Source of the DNA: a candidate division FCPU426 bacterium
GTDB taxonomy: Bacteria > Oederibacteriota > Muellerivitia > Muellerivitales > Muellerivitaceae
DNA: 64,000 bases
NCBI GenBank assembly: GCA_963771075.1
Contig: CAVYSE010000007.1
Span: 96,001 to 160,000, forward strand
Reading direction: 5' to 3'
Below the pieces are notes generated by a model. The model saw only the letters and a list, made by a program, of their open reading frames with translations. It was not told the origin of the DNA and did no database searches. Each line of letters starts with the position of its first letter. The stretch's first letter is position 1. Shown piece by piece: positions 60,603-64,000 of the stretch. Position numbers and translations under genes: made by a program.

Positions 60603-63107
60603 ATGGAGTCCTACAACTTTACCGAGATCGAGCAACGCTGGAAGCGAATTTGGAAAGAAAATAAGACCTTTTCTTGCGACCTGGCCGAGGCCGACAACAA
60701 ATATTACACCCTCGTCATGTTCCCTTATCCCTCCGGCGATTTCCTTCACGCAGGCCATGGGCGCAACTATATTATCGGCGATGCGGTTTACCGCTATTTC
60801 CGGGCCAGGGGGCACAATGTCCTGAATCCCATGGGGTTCGACGCTTTTGGCCTGCCCGCGGAAAATGCCGCCATCCACAAGAATATCCATCCCGAGACCT
60901 GGACCCTGGGCAATATCGAGCGCATGAAGGGTCAGTTTTACGATTGGGGCATGGGATACGATTGGGACAAAGAGGTGGTTTCCTGTCTGCCCAATTACTA
61001 CCGCTGGACTCAATGGATCTTCCTGAAACTCTACGAGAAGGGTCTGGCCTACCGCAAAAAGGCTTACGTGAACTGGTGCCCTTCCTGCATGACGGTCCTG
61101 GCCAACGAGCAGGTGGTGGACGGTTCCTGTGAGCGGTGCGATTCGGTGGTGGAGCAAAAGGACCTTGAACAATGGTTCTTCAAGATCACCGATTACGCCG
61201 AACGGCTTTTAAATGATATCGACCGGCTGGAAAACTGGCCCGACCGGGTCAAGACCATGCAGCGCAATTGGATTGGCCGGAGCGAAGGGGCCGAAGTTGT
61301 TTTCAAGGTTGAGGATTCCCCCGAAACCATAACGGTATTCACCACCCGGCCCGACACCCTTTTCGGGGCCACTTACATGGTCCTGGCTCCCGAACATCCC
61401 CTGGTTGCGGCCCTCACCAAGGGAAAACCCCAGGAAAATGAAGTGAAGTCCTTCGTGGAAAAGGCGAAGAAACAAAGCTCGCTCGACAGGGTAGGCGAGA
61501 ACGCGGAAAAACTGGGGTTGGACATCGGCGTTAAAGCCGTCAATCCGGTGAACAGCAAGGCCATCCCCATCTTCATCGCCAATTACGTCCTTATGGAATA
61601 CGGCACTGGGGCCATCATGGCTGTGCCCGCCCATGACAAGCGCGACTTCGAATTCGCCAAGAAATACCGGATTTCCATCATCCAGGTGATTGACCCCGCT
61701 GAAGAGGTCAAACATGCTTGGAATGCCGAGAACCATGTTTATGACCCCCAACAGGAACCCTATACCGATGACGGCAAACTGATTAATTCCGGTTTCCTGA
61801 ACGGCTTGGGAGTGGAGCAATCCAAGAAAAAAATGTCTAATTGGCTTTCCGAGAAGGGCCAGGGCAAAGCGGCGGTGACCTACCGTTTGAGAGACTGGCT
61901 CATTTCCCGCCAGCGTTATTGGGGCGCGCCCATCCCCATGATCCATTGCGCCAAGTGCGGCTGGGTCCCCGTGCCCGAAAAGGACCTGCCGGTGGAACTT
62001 CCCAAACAAGTAGAATTCAAGCCCACTGGAGAATCGCCCTTGAAGAGTGTTCCTTCTTTTGTAAACACAACCTGCCCCAAATGTGGGGGCATCGCGAGGC
62101 GTGAGACTGACACCATGGATACCTTCGTTGATTCAAGCTGGTATTTCCTTCGCTATATCTCGTCTCAGGACGACCAAAAGGCATTCGATTCCAAGACGGC
62201 CAACCAATGGCTTCCCGTGGATCAATATATTGGCGGGGTTGAGCACGCCATACTCCACCTGCTTTATTCCCGTTTCATCACCAAGGTACTGAAGGACCAG
62301 GGCTTCATCAACTTCGACGAGCCCTTCGCCCGTCTTTTCACCCAGGGCATGATCACCAAGGGCGGGGTCAAGATGTCCAAGAGCAAGGGAAACTCAGTCC
62401 AGCCGGATACCCTGATTCAAAAGTACGGCTCGGACACTTACCGCCTCTACACGCTTTTCATCGGCCCGCCTGAAAGGGACGTTGAATGGGACGACCGCGC
62501 CGTGGAAGGTGGGTTCCGATTCCTCAACCGGGTCTGGAAGCTTTACCAGGAGTTCCTGGAAAGGCCCGACGCTTCCACCGCCCGATCGGCCGAGCCGGCC
62601 ACCGAGGCTGATAAGGAAGTGAAACGAAAGACCCACCAGACCATCGCCAAGGTTAGCGAGGATATGGTAGGCGGGTTCCGTTTCAACACCGCCATCAGCG
62701 CCATGATGGAGCTATTGAACCTTCTTTCCGACTATAAAGCGGGGCCCGAGGCGAAGACGGGTCTGATCCGGGAAGCGTTGGAGTCGATGGTCCGGTTGAT
62801 GGGGCCCTTTACCCCCCATATTTCGGAGGAAATGTGGAAGGGGTTAGGAAAGGAAGGAGGGCTTTTCGCGGGTGGGTGGCCCAACTTTGATCAGGGCTGG
62901 CTGAAGGCGGACGCTGTTGAAATTGTTGTGCAAGTCAATGGCAAGATCCGCTCGCGCCTGACCGTGCCCCTGGGGTTGGATGAGACGGGGATTCGGGCGC
63001 TGTTGGACCAGGACGAGAAGCTCCAAAAGGGCCTGGAAGGCTTGAAGGTGCAGAAACTGATCTGGGTGAAGGATAAGCTGGCCAACCTGATCGTGAAGCC
63101 GGTATAA
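60603..63107 (+). CDS. leuS: Leucine-tRNA ligase
   Basis: MFPYPSG..HAGH, FTTRPDT, DWLISRQRYWG, KMSKS. Confidence 0.98.
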   Translation: MESYNFTEIEQRWKRIWKENKTFSCDLAEADNKYYTLVMFPYPSGDFLHAGHGRNYIIGDAVYRYFRARGHNVLNPMGFDAFGLPAENAAIHKNIHPETWTLGNIERMKGQFYDWGMGYDWDKEVVSCLPNYYRWTQWIFLKLYEKGLAYRKKAYVNWCPSCMTVLANEQVVDGSCERCDSVVEQKDLEQWFFKITDYAERLLNDIDRLENWPDRVKTMQRNWIGRSEGAEVVFKVEDSPETITVFTTRPDTLFGATYMVLAPEHPLVAALTKGKPQENEVKSFVEKAKKQSSLDRVGENAEKLGLDIGVKAVNPVNSKAIPIFIANYVLMEYGTGAIMAVPAHDKRDFEFAKKYRISIIQVIDPAEEVKHAWNAENHVYDPQQEPYTDDGKLINSGFLNGLGVEQSKKKMSNWLSEKGQGKAAVTYRLRDWLISRQRYWGAPIPMIHCAKCGWVPVPEKDLPVELPKQVEFKPTGESPLKSVPSFVNTTCPKCGGIARRETDTMDTFVDSSWYFLRYISSQDDQKAFDSKTANQWLPVDQYIGGVEHAILHLLYSRFITKVLKDQGFINFDEPFARLFTQGMITKGGVKMSKSKGNSVQPDTLIQKYGSDTYRLYTLFIGPPERDVEWDDRAVEGGFRFLNRVWKLYQEFLERPDASTARSAEPATEADKEVKRKTHQTIAKVSEDMVGGFRFNTAISAMMELLNLLSDYKAGPEAKTGLIREALESMVRLMGPFTPHISEEMWKGLGKEGGLFAGGWPNFDQGWLKADAVEIVVQVNGKIRSRLTVPLGLDETGIRALLDQDEKLQKGLEGLKVQKLIWVKDKLANLIVKPV

Positions 63108-63174
63108 GGAAATGTTTACCAGCAAAGCGCCAAGGCGCCTGGAACGGTCATTTAAATTCCGGAAAAAGAAAAAA

Positions 63175-63687
63175 ATGATAAAGCCATTCGTGTTCATAAC
63201 GACTTTGTTCATCTTGGAAGGATTGGGCATCGGATGCCGGCCGCCCATTTTGATAGTGCCTTCTTATATCAAAACCGTTGGCGTCGCCCCGGTGGATAAC
63301 AAGACTAGCTGGTTCGGATTGGATACGGTTCTGACACAAAATCTCATAACTCAGTTCCAGCAGGACGGGCGCCTGGGGATTGAGGACCCGGATCATGCGG
63401 ACATGGTGGTTAAGGTTATTATCCGCAAATACACCGAAACCCCGGAGAGTTTCGACCCCAAAACCAACGCGGTTCTGCAATACCTGGATTCGATTGATTA
63501 CGACGTGGTCGCCCTGGACCATGTCGAGAGCAAGACCCTGACCGAAACCACCGGTTTGACCGACAGTCTTTATTACTATACGACCTACAATGTGGGTGCC
63601 ATTCCCCAGACTCGGGACCAGGCCCTTCTCCAACTGGAACAGGATATGTCCCGCTTGATTGTGCTTCGGGTGATGCAGGGAAATTAG
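63175..63687 (+). CDS. lptE: LptE-family LPS assembly lipoprotein
   Basis: GIGC lipobox-like, PSYIKTV.V..VDNKT, follows leuS. Confidence 0.75.
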   Translation: MIKPFVFITTLFILEGLGIGCRPPILIVPSYIKTVGVAPVDNKTSWFGLDTVLTQNLITQFQQDGRLGIEDPDHADMVVKVIIRKYTETPESFDPKTNAVLQYLDSIDYDVVALDHVESKTLTETTGLTDSLYYYTTYNVGAIPQTRDQALLQLEQDMSRLIVLRVMQGN

Positions 63688-63773
63688 TGGAAATTGAGAT
63701 AATTTCCCCCGGAGACAAAGAGGCACAAATGAAACTTCATGGGGGGACGTCCGAAAAAAGGAAAGGAAGCGCT

Positions 63774-64000
63774 ATGAACCTAATAAGAACTGCTAACAAA
63801 GCCATAAACTTTCACCGCGAAGACGCGAAAATCACGAAGATAAGCAAAGTTTTGTTACAGAATCTAAAATTCATTACTTTCGTGGTTTGGGCGGCTGGGT
63901 TTTCGCTGGAGTCGACCGCTTGGGCCGACCTCCAATGGATCACGGGGAGCATCCCCAAGAACGCGCCCGCCAGCCAGAACGGGAACGTGGTCAATGACGC
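63774..64000 (+). CDS. Hypothetical secreted protein, runs off the window
   Basis: Open frame from ATG 63774 after AAGGAAG; signal-like segment ending AWA. Confidence 0.5.
   Translation, partial: MNLIRTANKAINFHREDAKITKISKVLLQNLKFITFVVWAAGFSLESTAWADLQWITGSIPKNAPASQNGNVVND

Overview
Chromosomal window from a diderm bacterium (LptE, outer-membrane beta-barrels, lipoproteins; also spoVS). Positions 1-18.2 kb hold rph-rdgB, seven tRNA genes, a frameshifted GH94 phosphorylase, spoVS, and two sibling ~6-7 kb integrative elements inserted at the anticodon loops of tRNA-Arg(TCT) (E1, 1508-8267) and tRNA-Val(TAC) (E2, 12107-17980). Both elements share one layout: tyrosine integrase, a Replic_Relax-type protein, a conserved covarying multi-stem hairpin, an MNT-HEPN pair, then variable cargo. 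No capsid or conjugation genes are visible. A third, diverged copy of the hairpin lies on the minus strand of E2, where E1 has its excisionase. It keeps the same geometry, an invariant ATCAAGT apex and six compensatory pairs, and it is the best candidate for an undescribed system. The remainder is housekeeping: dgt, argDFGH, lysA, dapAB, dapL, folK, dNK, panBCD, nadA, an ABC module, xseAB, ispA, dxs (several indels), VOR/IOR oxidoreductases, recN, an argA-type GNAT with an internal ochre codon, leuS and lptE. The scattered frameshifts may be sequencing errors. All calls come from reading the sequence and translations by eye; no searches were run.
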